Source of the DNA: Ylistrum balloti
Lineage: Eukaryota
Assembly: GCF_031769215.1 (NCBI RefSeq)
Contig: NW_026782274.1
Coordinates: 558,001-622,000 of the forward strand
Reading direction: 5' to 3'
Length of the DNA: 64,000 bases
The translations under genes were made by a program, and so were the position numbers. This document shows positions 1 through 14,075 of this stretch, one piece after another. A model generated the notes under the pieces. The model worked only from the letters and a program-made list of their open reading frames with translations. It searched no databases and was not told the DNA's origin. Within the stretch, counting starts at the first letter, position 1, and each line of letters opens with the position of its first letter.

Positions 1-385
1 AAAGATGAGACATCATACATACCCAAAAAAAGAGCTTAGTTTCACACTTCAATCTATTCTGCACACCAGCATATGTGCTTCTATATATATTCTGATCATA
101 ATCTTAGATGAAATGATACACATCAGATCACCTCCACTGGTATATCACTGGATTACATTACAAGAGCCTGAATTTTTCATCTGCTATAGTGCAGGTACAT
201 ATAAATCAGTTTTATTTTATTGCTTAATTTTGTCATTACTTATATTGCTGAAACATTTTCTCTATATATGATGTGTGATCACTTACTACATCACCCCGAC
301 AACCATTCTAAATCATCATGACACATGTTTAGCCTACATCAATGCTTTGTCGGAATATTAAGTGGTCCATCAACACATGATCTAC

Positions 386-3300
386 CTGAAAGTATTTGAA
401 GGCAAGTCCCCCTTGGTAAGTATAATGGCATTTGGAGGCATGTTCGTCAGGATATCTTCTCCAAACTCATGAATGACCCAGTTCCCACTTTGGTCACTCA
501 CATGATAATGACGTTGCTATAGTGATGATATATAAACAGTTTCGTTATCCATAAAAAGTATTAATAAATGCATCATGAACTTCAAACTTATCATCATTGC
601 ATAAATTTTATATGAGCTGAGATTAAGCACTGTGATTTATTGTTAAAAGACAACATTACATTAAGCAGAATATGATATTAAGCATATTGACAATAAGTGA
701 AGTACTGTACACAGGAGATAAGTCAACATTGATCAGAATCAGAACTCATATTCATGAATCAAAACACTGAAATCGGTCCTAGTTTCCACTAACTGGAAAA
801 TGACACTATGTTGTAGTGATTGACAATAAGTATTTCACATCTTTAGATTTGTTGCCTGATATCAAACATGCTTTCATAAAATTAGTTTATTTGTGGTTTG
901 CTATATGTAAAAACAGTATAGAATATACAATAAATAATATTTTATTTTCGCAGAAAAATCAAACATCCTTAATTTAGTAAATTAATATTTCTATTTTTTC
1001 TTTAAGCTCTGGATAGAAGGTATCTAGATTGGAAGGTTGAAGTATATGTTCTTCTGTGATATTTTAATTATGTTGCTCTACATATTTATAAAAAATACAC
1101 CAAAACAATCCACAAGGACAATATCCTAAGCAGTTTGACTTACCAACTGGAAAACAGACAACAGAAGAGCTACAAGTAAGTCTGGTCTTGTGTTCTCAAA
1201 GAAGGCTTTGTTCATCTTTGTAAACCAGAAAAAGTAGCTGAAGCAAAAAAATAAACCATATATACTTTTCAATGCGCTTCACTAGGAAAGGTGAATATGT
1301 CTATAATTATATTTTTGTTGTTAAACAATTTTAAAAAAAAAAGTTCATATTTTTATTTTAATATGAGTAAGTACTGTATGTATACTGCCAGTTTGTTAAT
1401 AGGAGGTAAAGAAACAATAATCTATTATTGCATAGATATAACATACTTAATGACATCACTGTATGCTACTGCTGCAATAGTTATGACAATCAGATCACTC
1501 TGCATCCAGAATCTTTCCACCTGTGATGAAAATATAGAACTGTTTTTAAAAAGTTATTCCTAGTTTTCAAAGCTATGACATACGAAATATGACCAGTGAG
1601 CTATGGATTTCTAAATAATAATTCTATGTGCAACTATGTTTATTGAATATTTTAAAAGCAGAAAATTTACTGATAACATGATGGTCAATTAGAAAGAGAG
1701 AAATATGAATCAAGTGATTGAGGTGAACATTAAGTCAAATACACCATAGCCAGGCTCTGTTAATTACAACTGTTTATATCGTTTATATCCAAGAAAGATG
1801 TAGATATTTATCTAATATGTAATGCATTAATTCACCATTGGATGAGGCCAAATTCACCTCACAAAACTTAGAAGTACATATTTATAAAATGACTAGATAT
1901 CATCAGTATCAATATATACATTCAGGACATACAACCCCTGGATATAGATATTATTGTTATCATGTTTCCTACTGATAACAGCGTTTTTGTATGTGTGATA
2001 AGTCTGAAGTTTCCACAAGTTGATATCAGCCCAGGTGAAATCACACCACGTGAAGTGATATCACACCACGTGAAGTGATATCACACCACGTGAAGTGATA
2101 TCAAGCTCCCTTGAACATGATATCACACCCCCTAGAAAATGATTTCATACCCCCTCTAAAATTTGTATATTTTGCAGCTTCTGATTTGAACATAAATATT
2201 GTTGGCCTGAAAGAAAAGCATTTTGTTTTTCTAATGAAAAATAATTTAGAATCCCACTCAATTTTTCTGGATGATGCCGTTTCTGGATTGGTTTTCTCTT
2301 TAGTGTTGTCTGCAGAGCTAAAGAGCTAGGCATGGCCAACGAGGACTAATAATGGCGAGGCAATTTTAGAAGAACTTGCGACAAAAATTGTCCAGTTGGG
2401 TGAGTTGAAAGAAAAAAAAATGTGACTACTATATGACCATTTTGATATCACACCCCTAATCAGCCCTTGTATCCTGACTCATCAGGACTCTTGAGCTTAT
2501 AAGGGGTGTGATATCAAAATAGTCACATAATAACCTCTAAATGTATACTTTTTGGACTTACAACTCCCTGGTAATCATATCATAAGTATTGGTATATATT
2601 TTACAGACTTACCACCCCTAAGTATAAAGGGTTTTTTAGATCAAGGTTTGCTCTCCAGGAGAAAAACAACATGTATATGGTCATCATGATGAAGAATACA
2701 GTCAGAGCTCTGTCTCTGGTTTTTAGGTGCCTGAAGTGACAGAATCGTGTACTACAAGACTCATTAAGTGGAATCACATCAGTATATCTGGTAATTGTTT
2801 CTAAATATATTTTGATGAAAGCCATTATTTTTCTTATTAAATGAAAAAAAAATCAATTTACATCTTTAACATGTATATTATATGTAATTATAATTCTCTG
2901 GTGAAAAATTCTGAATTACATAATAGAATAAATCCCTTGCAATAGTCCACAATAGACCACTGTGACATGTTAACTGTGAGAACTTTCAAGCACAGTTTAT
3001 GAACAGAGGAAGTATCAATTGTTTTGACTGGCTGTTGAATACTATGATTACCTATAAGTAATGGTGACTAGTCCCAGGAGGAAAAGGACACATATAACTA
3101 TTGTCAGGTCACTCAGAATGTGGTCAAGGTATGCCCTGGTAAAAAAATAAATGTATGTGGTCAGTTCTGGTCGAGAATAAACACATTTGGTCAAAACACA
3201 ATCTTCAGGTAATGAGATATACATTTGCTGGGGTTAGTGCCCTATCAACAGTCAGACCTATTTTGAGGCAGAATCTCCTTGCAGTAGTTGCAGACATCCT

Positions 3301-6300
3301 CACAAAACAACATGCAAGAGGCATGTCACATGTTACATATAATTTGTGGTTTACATCTTTGACTTTTCTTTTAAATACGTAATGTCTGTTCATCCTTAGA
3401 AACACAACAATGTAAACAAATTTTTCCTGTCATCGTCTTACCTTAGACCAAAAAGCAACCCTTGTCCCATCTCTTCTTTACCCTGTAAACACAGATATAG
3501 TGCTGGTTCTGAATCCAAAAAGTTTGAACAGTGTGGTCAATAAAAAAAACATTTTACATGAGCATTTTAAAGAAAAAATAGCTAAATTTGATTTTTGCTT
3601 GTTAAAATTGTTCTTAAAGCCCCATTCTTAATCATCTGTCAAGTGTTAAAAGTTCTCCTTTTCATCTATTTACCTAGATGAACTCAATAAAGAAATCCAG
3701 ACTTTATATATCAACCTTCCACAATGTTTTATCTTGCTTCCACACTCAAATGTTGTTTACAGTGTTGACTACTGTTAATATCATGTCCGATATAAGCATC
3801 ACTTTACTATCAAATACTAAATTGGATGTCATAACAAAGTTACATGTCACGATACTTCAGTCTGCTTACCAGATCAAATGTGCCATATTCCCTCCTCAGA
3901 AGGTGTGTAAGCAGTCCAGCCACAGACCTCTGGTCACCCCATGTCCAATTTGACTGTAAAGACCAGCTGGACAGAGGCAGATATATATATGGCAGAAGTC
4001 CTGCCAGGAAGGACAGGCCAATCCTCAACAAGACAGTAAACGTCAAAATCTGAAAAATTATCAAAGATAGCCTCCTGAAGGTGTTCCTGTTAAAAAGTTG
4101 TATATAAACATGGTGGCAATCATCCTGACAGCAGGCAAAATTCTGGTCAGAACTGAGACTTTGCTGAGGCTCTGAATACAAATTCTGCATTTGTAAGTGT
4201 AAATTCTGGTCACAATTGAGACTTTGCAGTGGCTCTGAACATAATTCCATGTAATCTATGTGATGACTGAAACATCCAATATCTAACCCGAATGTCTACA
4301 TACCAGGTGTATATCAGTAAGTGTGAAGAGAAAAATCTCCATGATTAGTATGCATCATCTTGGATGACAATGACAATAAAACAAAGTATTTTACCTGTTT
4401 TTTGTAAAGAATGTAAAGGACCCACACTGCCATACAAAACACATAGACGACCATGGTATGCTGGTTACACAGGGAAAGTGCGCATACAAAAGATCCCAAA
4501 AACGACATCTGAAATTAAGTACAAAAGATTACAGTGACTCCTGTCTTATCTGACATCTCAGTAATCCTAGAACCTGTCTAGTCAGGACTGTTAGTAGTTT
4601 GATATCACATCTAATCAAATCTTTTTGTAGTCTGATATCCTATCGACTCCCACCTCTTAACATACTGCATTCTGACAGTATTGCCTTTTCCTACTTTCAT
4701 ATGTCTTCTCAATTCTGGATGAAGATTTCTAATCTCAATTTTAAACAAAATATACTGACAACATTTTACAATACAGAAACAACACACTACCTTGATCTTC
4801 TTTTCGTTATCAGCATCCTCAAACTGCAGAGCGATGAACATGAGCAGGGCCACAAACATGTTGTTTAGGGCGAAGACTTCGGCTGTGATGGACCATGCCC
4901 ATGTCAGCTTGCACCATCCCCACATTCCCACTGCTAACACAGCTGCTGATGGGCGACTGGTCAACCTCCAAGCATGATTTTATCATTTTAGTATTTCAAC
5001 CTCATGACAGTATTTCAACCATCCTCCTCAAAATACCCTTTATTCATTAGCCATTTATTGTACAGTATGGATCATTGTATGAAATCAAAGGCCCTGTCTT
5101 TAATTATTTTTTGACAGAGTAAAATTTATATAATATAATTGGTAATGATATTGGCTTATTGTTTGATAATTACTATGGAAAAAATTCAAAATTTGCATCA
5201 AATACCCATATTCTGTTAAAAAAGCAGGAAATTTTCCCTGTTTCATATAATAATTGATGATTCCAAACCTGAAAATAATTGTACCTTAGAATGGTGAGTG
5301 CTAGAAACACAATGGCTACCCCTCCAAACATGGAGGTCTGTAGATTAACGCGCCATGCCACACTGCTGCCAGGTACCAGATGTATTGCCATCCAGGCAAG
5401 CAAGGTAAAGAGAGGGTAGCCAGGAGGATGGGCAACCTGTACAAGATGTATACCAAAATATGTTATATACTACTGGCCAGCAGGGTAAAGAGAGGGCAGC
5501 CAGATGGTTAAAACAATATATAAAATATGTCTAGCAGCATGATGCTCATCTGTGCCATAGGAGAAGGGGGGAAAAGAAGACACTATTGCAGGAATATTAA
5601 TATGAAAAGCCAATTTTGTTCCCAAAACTTATTTGTGGAGTTAGAATGGGACAATTTACATTAGGGAAATTTGCTTCCCAACATTTCCATTTGTGACACT
5701 GTTTTACCATTTGTGAGTTCTGCAGGCCATCAGCATCTAGATTATCAAGGGTCTACTTTACACCCAGAAGACTTAAAATATCAGCAATTATGATCAAAGA
5801 TCCTGACATTCTTAACTGAGATGCCATCAATGTCCCCCTTATAATCAGAGTTACAACTACAAGCGCTTGTATTGCTATAAGTATGATTTTTTCCTGTTTG
5901 CTTGCTTTGTTATTTTCTAAAGGTCTGACCACTGATTACACTCAGGAAATTTGCTTTACTAGCCTTCAGAGAAATTATTCCTTGTTAAGTTGATAAAATG
6001 GCTACATTTTTTACCAAGATGACAAATAAATATTCATTACTTGTTACAGCTTAAACTTTCATGAATCACATAAATTTACAAAATTTCAAATCGATGACAT
6101 GTATAAGAAAACTATAAAGACTGCTAGTTAAATTGTTGATTTATACCCATTTCGAACTACTATAATGAGCAACCAAATAACTGTTTTCACTGGCATGAGT
6201 GTAAGTGAAAAAATAAAAACACAAAACAATAATACAGAAATATAGAACTACAGTCACTTCTACTGTATATCGTAACATTTCTTTGATTGTAATTCCTAGT

Positions 6301-7625
6301 TACTGAAAAAATTCTAAATATTCAATCATACAGACCTGTCACTCTAATAGACAAGCATTTGAAAAAAACTACACACAGTTGAAGTAATTCTGTCAATTTC
6401 CTATAAATAAACAAAAAAAACCCCAATCAAATAAAAAATAAACATACATAAATTTAATAAACTGCCCGTCAAGTACCTACCCCAAGTTCTTGTGCAGCAG
6501 CAATAAGTTCTCCTGTAGAAATAAAACAAGCTTGTTGCAATGTTCAGACAAATATTTTCAAAATTTTAATTATGAAAAATAATTGAATAAGATTTGAATG
6601 TAAATATGATTTAGAGAGATAATTTCAGTTTAGACAATACATTATACTTAAATAAATAAAATCTATATATACCAATTTAAAAACATTTTATAGAGGATGA
6701 ATTCACATCCATACACAACCACAATGAATATAGATTATTTTCCTTTTGAAAAAATATTCAGTTAATAATTTCTAGAAAAAAGGTAATTTGTATCATTATA
6801 TCTTCAAAATCTTTCCAATGCATTTTGCTTTGAATAATTTCTTTCCCTTAATTAAACCTTTGTTGAGAATTATATGGTGATAGCATCACTGTGTGCGAGG
6901 GATTACGTGTGGGAGATACATGAAAGTCACTTGGCTGCATAACTTTCACCCATGTGTATGATTTTGTGATGTATAATTTTTGACATATTGCATACATATT
7001 GAAATATACATTAAACCTGGTGGGAAGGTACGTTGACAGCAAAAAAAAATCTTAGTGCATACAATTTGCCAATTGAAATCTCTAAATTAACTTCCCACAA
7101 AAATAGTCATGTTTACAGCAGAAACCTACCCGAGTCTCCTCCAGGCAGGGATGGATACAGGGTTGTATAATAAACACTAAATGTCACTAGTCCAAGGATC
7201 AGACTAAGTTCCAAGTCGTATGCCTTTCTCAAGTCACTCCTGAAACATAATTTTTGTCCAGGAATATGTTGTAATTTTGGATAGATCATTCTTTCCTATC
7301 CTCGCTTGACAATTCAATCACTCTATACTAAACGACAACAAAAAATTTATATATATGCGAAATATATAGCCATGAACCTTAGGTCATTTCTAGGAGAATA
7401 ATCTTTGAAAACTGATAAAAGATGTCATGATTCTGTAACTACATAAATATTAAGCAAGTCATACAACTTTGACAATCTCATGAATAGAACTTGTGATGTA
7501 TATTCATGCATTGCTGCTAAGAAATACCTGTTCTCTGAATGTTTGTCATCCTTTCCATTCTGTACATTGGTACTGCTAGTATTCCTTTTCTGTTGTTTGG
7601 CATTCTTCTGTTTTTGAGCTTTCAT
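386..7625 (-). CDS. TMEM260: Protein O-mannosyltransferase TMEM260 (13 coding exons found; 3' part not located and probably left of the window)
   Basis: Exons (minus): 7625-7528, 7239-7130, 6512-6481, 5436-5285, 4965-4791, 4508-4395, 4049-3870, 3482-3442, 3135-3052, 2730-2613, 1520-1447, 1237-1144, 516-386. All junctions are GT-AG and phase-consistent. The translation contains [70 protein letters not shown] and ILTKGDLPSNTFR, which are TMEM260 hallmarks. Confidence 0.95.
2030..2535. repeat. Unclassified fold-back repeat element in a TMEM260 intron, with an internal 20-bp x3 tandem
   Basis: GATATCACACCACGTGAAGT is repeated with period 20 at about 2037-2100. The 19-bp inverted repeat ATTTTGATATCACACCCCT / AGGGGTGTGATATCAAAAT (about 2438-2520) encloses a smaller TCCTGA..TCAGGA palindrome. 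Confidence 0.55.
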
Positions 7626-9177
7626 TTATAACTTCTTATATTTCTCTTCTGTGGTGAAATATTTGTAAAAACTTTTATTATCTGGTGCAATTATTTTTTT
7701 TTTTTTTGGGGGGGGGTGGTTGGGGGGTTGGGGGAGGGGGATGGGGGGAATATGCAAGTATTTCAAATTTCAAATTACCCATAGGTTTTCAAACCTATCT
7801 GAGATATTCATAGAAATCGTGCTAACAAAATATCAAATTGTTATAAGATAAAATGAAAGAGATGTATCTTATAATCATGCAATTTAACAGAAGTTCTCTT
7901 TGATCTAGATTTGCCAAGATTAAAAGATTTATGTGTAAGTTGGACACTTCTCAAAGTTGGGATAACCTTTGTAAGCCAAATGAATCTGTGACATCCAATA
8001 ATCTTATTCTTGTTTTTTTTTCTTTTTTTTCAATTGCCTCATTTTTATGATTTATTTACAAACACATCCACACTAACTTTGATTTTCCAACAGAGATAGA
8101 TAGGGCATGATGTTTGGAATATTAATATTCCAAAAATTCCGCGACAGTACAAAGGAAACTTTTATACATATATATAAAATATTTATAGAAGTGTATTTAT
8201 CTAAATGATGTGATTATCATGTAGTTGATCATAATCATCACAACAAGACTGTGTATGGATTCATCGACTTACATCAGATAGGATCTGTCATAAATTTGTA
8301 TTTAGCTTACAAAATGCTCTATATTCACTCATTAATTAGCCGCTTCATTATAATACCATTATCAGCCTAAATCGTATTATATATTTACGAATACCATTAT
8401 AAAAATCTGGCGAGCATAATCATTTTTACCATAGCTTATGTTGTTTAAACCAAGGTATACCAAACGATTTCCGCCATCTTTATTTGGAGCAAATGTTATG
8501 AAACAACCAAAAAGGTTCGTCTATATAATTTATCTCTATATAAAAGAGATCGACTCAATACAGGAAGAAGATATATAGACTTCAAATGTACAACACTTCG
8601 TAATAGGTACTCTTTAAAAATCAATCTCTAATGGTATTTCTCAACACACATACATATGTATTTCCATTATAGATTTCTCACTTTTGTTGATATCAAGAAA
8701 TAAAACCATCTTAAAGATGAACAAAACTGACAGAGTGACACTGTCTACGGTAAGTAACACGCAACGGAATTTGCTACAAAAGGCAGTCACAATTGGTGAA
8801 GCTTTCTAAGAAGTCAGAAAGATTTAAGAAAAAATCTTTGTCATTGCAAGATTACGACACCTAACACGACCGATAGCCCGAAAACAGAGACAACAACATC
8901 GAAACCAAAAGCAAAAGTACCTCAGTTTGCTGGAAACGGAAGTCACACTAAGGCCAGTAACAATAAAACCAACGCCGGAGATTACGCACTTGTTAAAATG
9001 TACAAAGATTGACATTCGTCTGCAGAAGAAAACAAATATCTTTACTGATCTAAGCGAGCATGCACATTTTAAAATGTTTTAGTTAAGGATTATTTAGATA
9101 ATTCATTGCTTTAAATATGGAATCCACGCCACTTTTTCTAAAAGTATTTAAATATTCGCGCAATCGTTTCTTTTGTA

Positions 9178-9187
9178 ACCGGAAGTG
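9178..9187. promoter_or_regulatory. ETS-type site (ACCGGAAGTG) in the divergent promoter region between TMEM260 and the plus-strand gene
   Basis: Exact CCGGAAGT core about 55 nt upstream of the ATG at 9241. Local CpG enrichment at 8400-9240. A YY1-like AAGATGGCGG lies on the minus strand at about 8471-8480. Confidence 0.5.
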
Positions 9188-9240
9188 CATTCTGCGTTTG
9201 CAGACGACGCACCAAGTTGGCAAGTTGTCATTTGTTGACG

Positions 9241-12200
9241 ATGAAGACTCATCCACCTAAGTATTACTTAAATACTCTTTCTAATAACGAATTGGAAACA
9301 TTCACAGGGAAGGATATCGATAATGCTTTCCAGGTAATAACAATAGTAGAAATATTTCAATGAGAAGTCAATTGCAGTTGACAATTTGGTCTTCCCAAGT
9401 TTTGGATATAACTGTAGGATAGTAGGATGAGGACGATAGGATACAAACTGCATGAATGACAAATGGCAGTTCAGGTGGGGTTGAGAAGGGTACATATTGT
9501 TCCCTACATAGATTACTTATTTTACAATCAATTATCTATGAGTTTAAGTATTTTAAGAAATGACGCATGCAATGACAATGTTTTCTTTTTTAGACAAAAG
9601 AAATAAGTTGTGTCATAGATCTACTTATATCAATACAATTTTGGATAACCATCAGATACTTCAATGGTAATAAATAAAATGTTCATTTTGAACTGTGTAT
9701 AAACAAAATGATGGTGCCTTTCCAATTTATTGTTATTTTATAATTTTTACCTTTTGACAAATAATTCAAAGTTGTGATTGTACTGTACACCAAACAAAGA
9801 ACTTTATATCTATTCAGGAAATATATGAACAGGAGATGAAAAGGAAACGTGCACAAATAATGAGACAACTAGATTTCCAAACAAAGCAAACTTCCCAGAA
9901 AATAGCTACATTTGTGCCAAGAACACCTCTTTGCCAAACTTTCAAAAAGCCAGCTTCACCAACTGGATCATCACCTGTTCAAAAGCATCAATCCCCAGTA
10001 AGGCATTTTGAACCTTTTATATGTGCATTGAACACATCAGGAACAGACGGTCCCGGTTTCAGAAAATACACTCGATCATTACTACAAACACCCAGATTAA
10101 AGAATATCAAGTTGATTAACATGAGCTACAGTCAACCTTCAACTCCAAAAATCGGCATCAACCTATCAAAGCAAATGCCAAATCAGACACCAAGCTTCGT
10201 GAATAGAAATGTAAATTGGTAGGTAATACTAGGTAAAGTATATTTCAAAACAGATCACTTGTTTAATGTGACAGGAAATATTGTTTTTCCCAACCAACAT
10301 GTATAGCTAAGGCTTTTTACAATCATGATGCATCAGAATTTTTATTCAGCTTTTACAATGTTTGCATCTTCCTCAGCACAATTTAAGTCCTTAGTGGACT
10401 TCTGTGAAACAGTCCTTGGATTTCCATTGTATCAAATTCCAACTTCAAGTTGAACTTTGAGGGCATGCATTCCAGATGTAGGTCAAATTTACTTAATATA
10501 GAAATCAACCAAATAACTTTAATAAAGTTACTTTGATGCTTTTTGGGGAAAGTATATGACAAATTTGAGCTAAACTGAATTTCAAGATGATGCACTAGAA
10601 TCGGGATTTATGTTATCATCAATGACTTCAGAAACTTCATACAAGTTTAGAATACAGTTCACCAAGGAAATTGAAAAGATTTTGATTTTTTTCCAAAAAC
10701 TACAACAAAAACATGTGTAGACATTGAATTGAAAATCTGTTACAATTCATACATGTTCATAATTTTTTCTATGAATATTTTACCTCAAGTTTAATAGGTG
10801 TGATAAGGTGTATATGACTAACAAGCAACAATGATCTCTATTTTTTCAGGCCATCTATGCAGAACATGGATATACCTCTCACACCCCTGTTAAATGATCC
10901 ATTAAATGTATTTGAGTCAAAAACTGAAAGTCAAGATATCTTTCCTCTTGATATTCTTCAGATAATTGGTAAGATTTTTGTACATCTGTCTAAAGTTTTG
11001 AAATTTACATACTACATGTATACTGGAAGTGCATGGTAATTTTTTTAATACAGAGATCTCCTGTTTCAAGTCTTCAATTAATTTCTTTGAATTTGGTAAG
11101 ACCGAAAATCCATAACAATTACATGTAATTTTCTGAACAGCGGATTGATTCAGCTACATTAGGAATAGTTATTGCCTTTTTCATTTCCATAATTTGTCCA
11201 GAGATCTCCTGCTTCAGTTTTCAATTAACTTTAATCTCTTTGATTTTTTTTTACTACCAATGTTGTGTTTTCCTCTAAGGTATCATGATTTGACAATTTT
11301 TGGAATGGCTATCAGCCTTTAAAATTTTAAATCTAAACAAAAGACTCCTTTCCAGTTTTTTACCAATTTCTGCAAGACATGTAAAGTTAAGATAGCTGGG
11401 TTTGTGACTATGACATTTTCATTCGACAGGTTTTGGGATTTCATCGACCTATTTCCAGTCTGCTATCATTAGACAGATTTTTTAAAGCATGATTCAACAT
11501 GTTTCAGCCATCTGTTAGCCTTCCCATCTGTCATGCAAAAATTTAAGTTTATTACTACCTGAAGAACTACTTTAGCCATCTCCTTAAAATGTCATGAATA
11601 TATTAAGTGTAGGTCATAATTGTACACCTCACATTTTGAGTTTTATTTGATTTTTAAGATGGCTACCAGCAGCCATTTTGAATTCTTCATTTGAGAAGCA
11701 TTGAAGACATTCACGAATTACTACTCTGACATTGTTTATGTGGTATACTTGTCACATCTTTTTTATTTGGAAAGGATAATATCAAACACAATAGGAATTT
11801 TTTAGTACCCTTATGATTTTACCTACTACTGAGATTGCTTGCAATTCTATATAAAGTAAAGAAAAATGAAAGTCAATTAGACATCAAATCAATCAAGATC
11901 ATCAACATTAATTAATTACAAATGTGTTTATGTTGTTTCAGATGATGATACCAAACCTGTAGAGTCAATGGATAAAGAGCTACACAGATATACAGATGTG
12001 ACGCTGAGCGACCTTAATGTGGCTGATTATCTTTTGGATATCGCAGAAGACTATTCAAGCAACATAAACTCAATAGCACAAGTTCCACAAGAACAGAAAG
12101 TTAGTTAAAGTATCATTTTTATATATAAAGAAGCCTATTGACCGAGTAGATAGAGTAAAAAAAAACAGGGTTACATACTACAATCTAATAAACAGGTCTA

Positions 12201-13213
12201 AACTTGTTTCACACAGAGATTTGGACCAAGCAGATCAGATAATCCCTTTGGCAGTATGGCTGTCACTGAAGATGGTTTTTCACTGCTTTTAAAGGGCCTT
12301 CAACATTCAACTGCCTCGAAAATTTTACAATATATATGTCTGTACTGTCCTTTATTATTTAGACACATAAACATAGCTTTTCATTTTATCTCTCATTTCA
12401 GAACAGTCCAGATAAGCTGATTACAAAAAGAAAGTGCAGACATGCAAAACCTGTATGTTACGAAGAATCTCTAGTCTACAAGAAACAAAAAAAAGAGAGA
12501 GATCGACAAAGGAGACAAAAAAGAAAGGAGTCTTTCAATAAGCAATCTATTGGTCTCAGGCGGGTACGTTTTTTAATGTCACAGCTAGGATATTCAGGTC
12601 CCAAAACCTTGAAGATAAGTGATGGCTTTTAAATGCATTTCTGTGCGGATTTGATGGCTTACTCACAAGACTGTATTACATTCAAAAGATTTTTAATTGC
12701 ACATGAAGTGAAGCATATTTTCAAGAATCTTCAAGAAATTATTACTGTATAAAACAGCCTATAGTCAAAACTTCCTTAATTTAAAGATACTTTTCTTAGT
12801 GCAAAACCCATAAATTATTTTTGAGAATTTACATTATTAAATTTTTGCATTGGTTTTTCATGGTAAAAACACTGGAAATATTTCAATGTATACAATTTGA
12901 CAAAAGCCTCATATTAGTAAATATATATGTAGAATCTTTGTGCTCTGTATACACTGACATTTCTTTATATACACAAACATGGTAAATCTGTATACTGCAG
13001 TAATATTTTGGTATTTTTCATACTAATATATATTTCAGTATTCATGGGATCAGTAGTTTTAACAGTATACTGTTTATCAGGAAGTTCTTTTCTCTAAGAG
13101 TTGTAATAAGGTATGTAAATCTTGGCGATGTCATCTTATTACACGTAGAAAACACCTCATTTTTTATGTTGCAGAGCCAGAGAAAGACTAAACAAAATGT
13201 TAAATATTTCTAG
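9241..13213 (+). CDS. Uncharacterised 323-aa protein, predicted largely disordered, with S/T-P-rich middle and basic C-terminus
   Basis: Exons 9241-9333, 9818-10218, 10850-10968, 11942-12099, 12402-12563, 13175-13213. All are GT-AG with matching phases (0,2,1,0,0), totalling 972 nt from ATG to TAG. No family recognised. The first exon is the least certain. Confidence 0.75.
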
Positions 13214-13637
13214 ACAACAGCTAAATTGTGATTAGTTCTAGTGGTGAGCAAAGATTGGCCAAGTGGAAATCTTCAAGAATATATGAATATATACATGAAC
13301 AGTTTGCAGTTGGATATTTTGACTGTGGAGTTAACAAGGAAGACTGTATTGACTTTCATCATGTACAAGTTACAACAGTGTTCTGTTTAGCATCAAATTG
13401 TCACCAGTTGTACAATTGAAAAGAAGAACTTGATGTATATATTGCTACGTCTGTGATTAAACTTTTACAATTAATAGTTTTTTTACAATTGTTAAAATAT
13501 CGAGACCAAAATTGTTTACAAGATAGGTTTTACTCACTACATAGTTATGTTAAATTGTTATAAAGTCATGGGCTATTTAAAAACTTAAAATTTAAGAACA
13601 GAATCTGATTGCTGGTATAGAATTTTGAAAAATGTTA

Positions 13638-14075
13638 TTTTCATGCCCCCGCCATTTATGGCCAGGGGCATATAGCGTTGCCCATGTCCGTCCGTCCCAT
13701 CCCGTCGCGTCCCGTCCTAAATCAGTATATACCACCTAACAACTTCATTCGGAAGACAATTTTCATGAAACTTCATACAAATATCAAGTATGGAAAGCCC
13801 TCATGCAGTGTTGAATTTCTCGGCATTCTAAATAAAGATGGCCACCAGGGGGAGATAACTCTAAAAAGAGGAACATCATCTTATTTCTACATAATTTGGT
13901 ACTTGTGGGTTTTAAGGCATAAGGAACTAATATACTCCCTCATTTTTTCCAGAGAACAAAATTCCAAATTCATTTAGTTAAATCAACTTGTCAATTTAAG
14001 TATGAAACTTAAGTTGTACATATTTGCATACAAATTAAAATCATCTCTTTCGGACCTTTCACTATTATTTCACAT

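Noticed and set aside
4139-4250. N-terminal part of ORF 3840-4250 with a repeated SEP.QSL..DQN pattern
   Set aside because: It is an intronic two-copy duplication of about 62 bp read through into the real TMEM260 exon 4049-3870.
8717-9012. Small two-exon plus-strand ORF (MNKTDRVTLST + KDLRKNLCHCKITTPNTT...; 75 aa)
   Set aside because: Good donor but poor acceptor, no recognisable homology, and it lies in the CpG/ETS-rich promoter zone where open frames arise easily.
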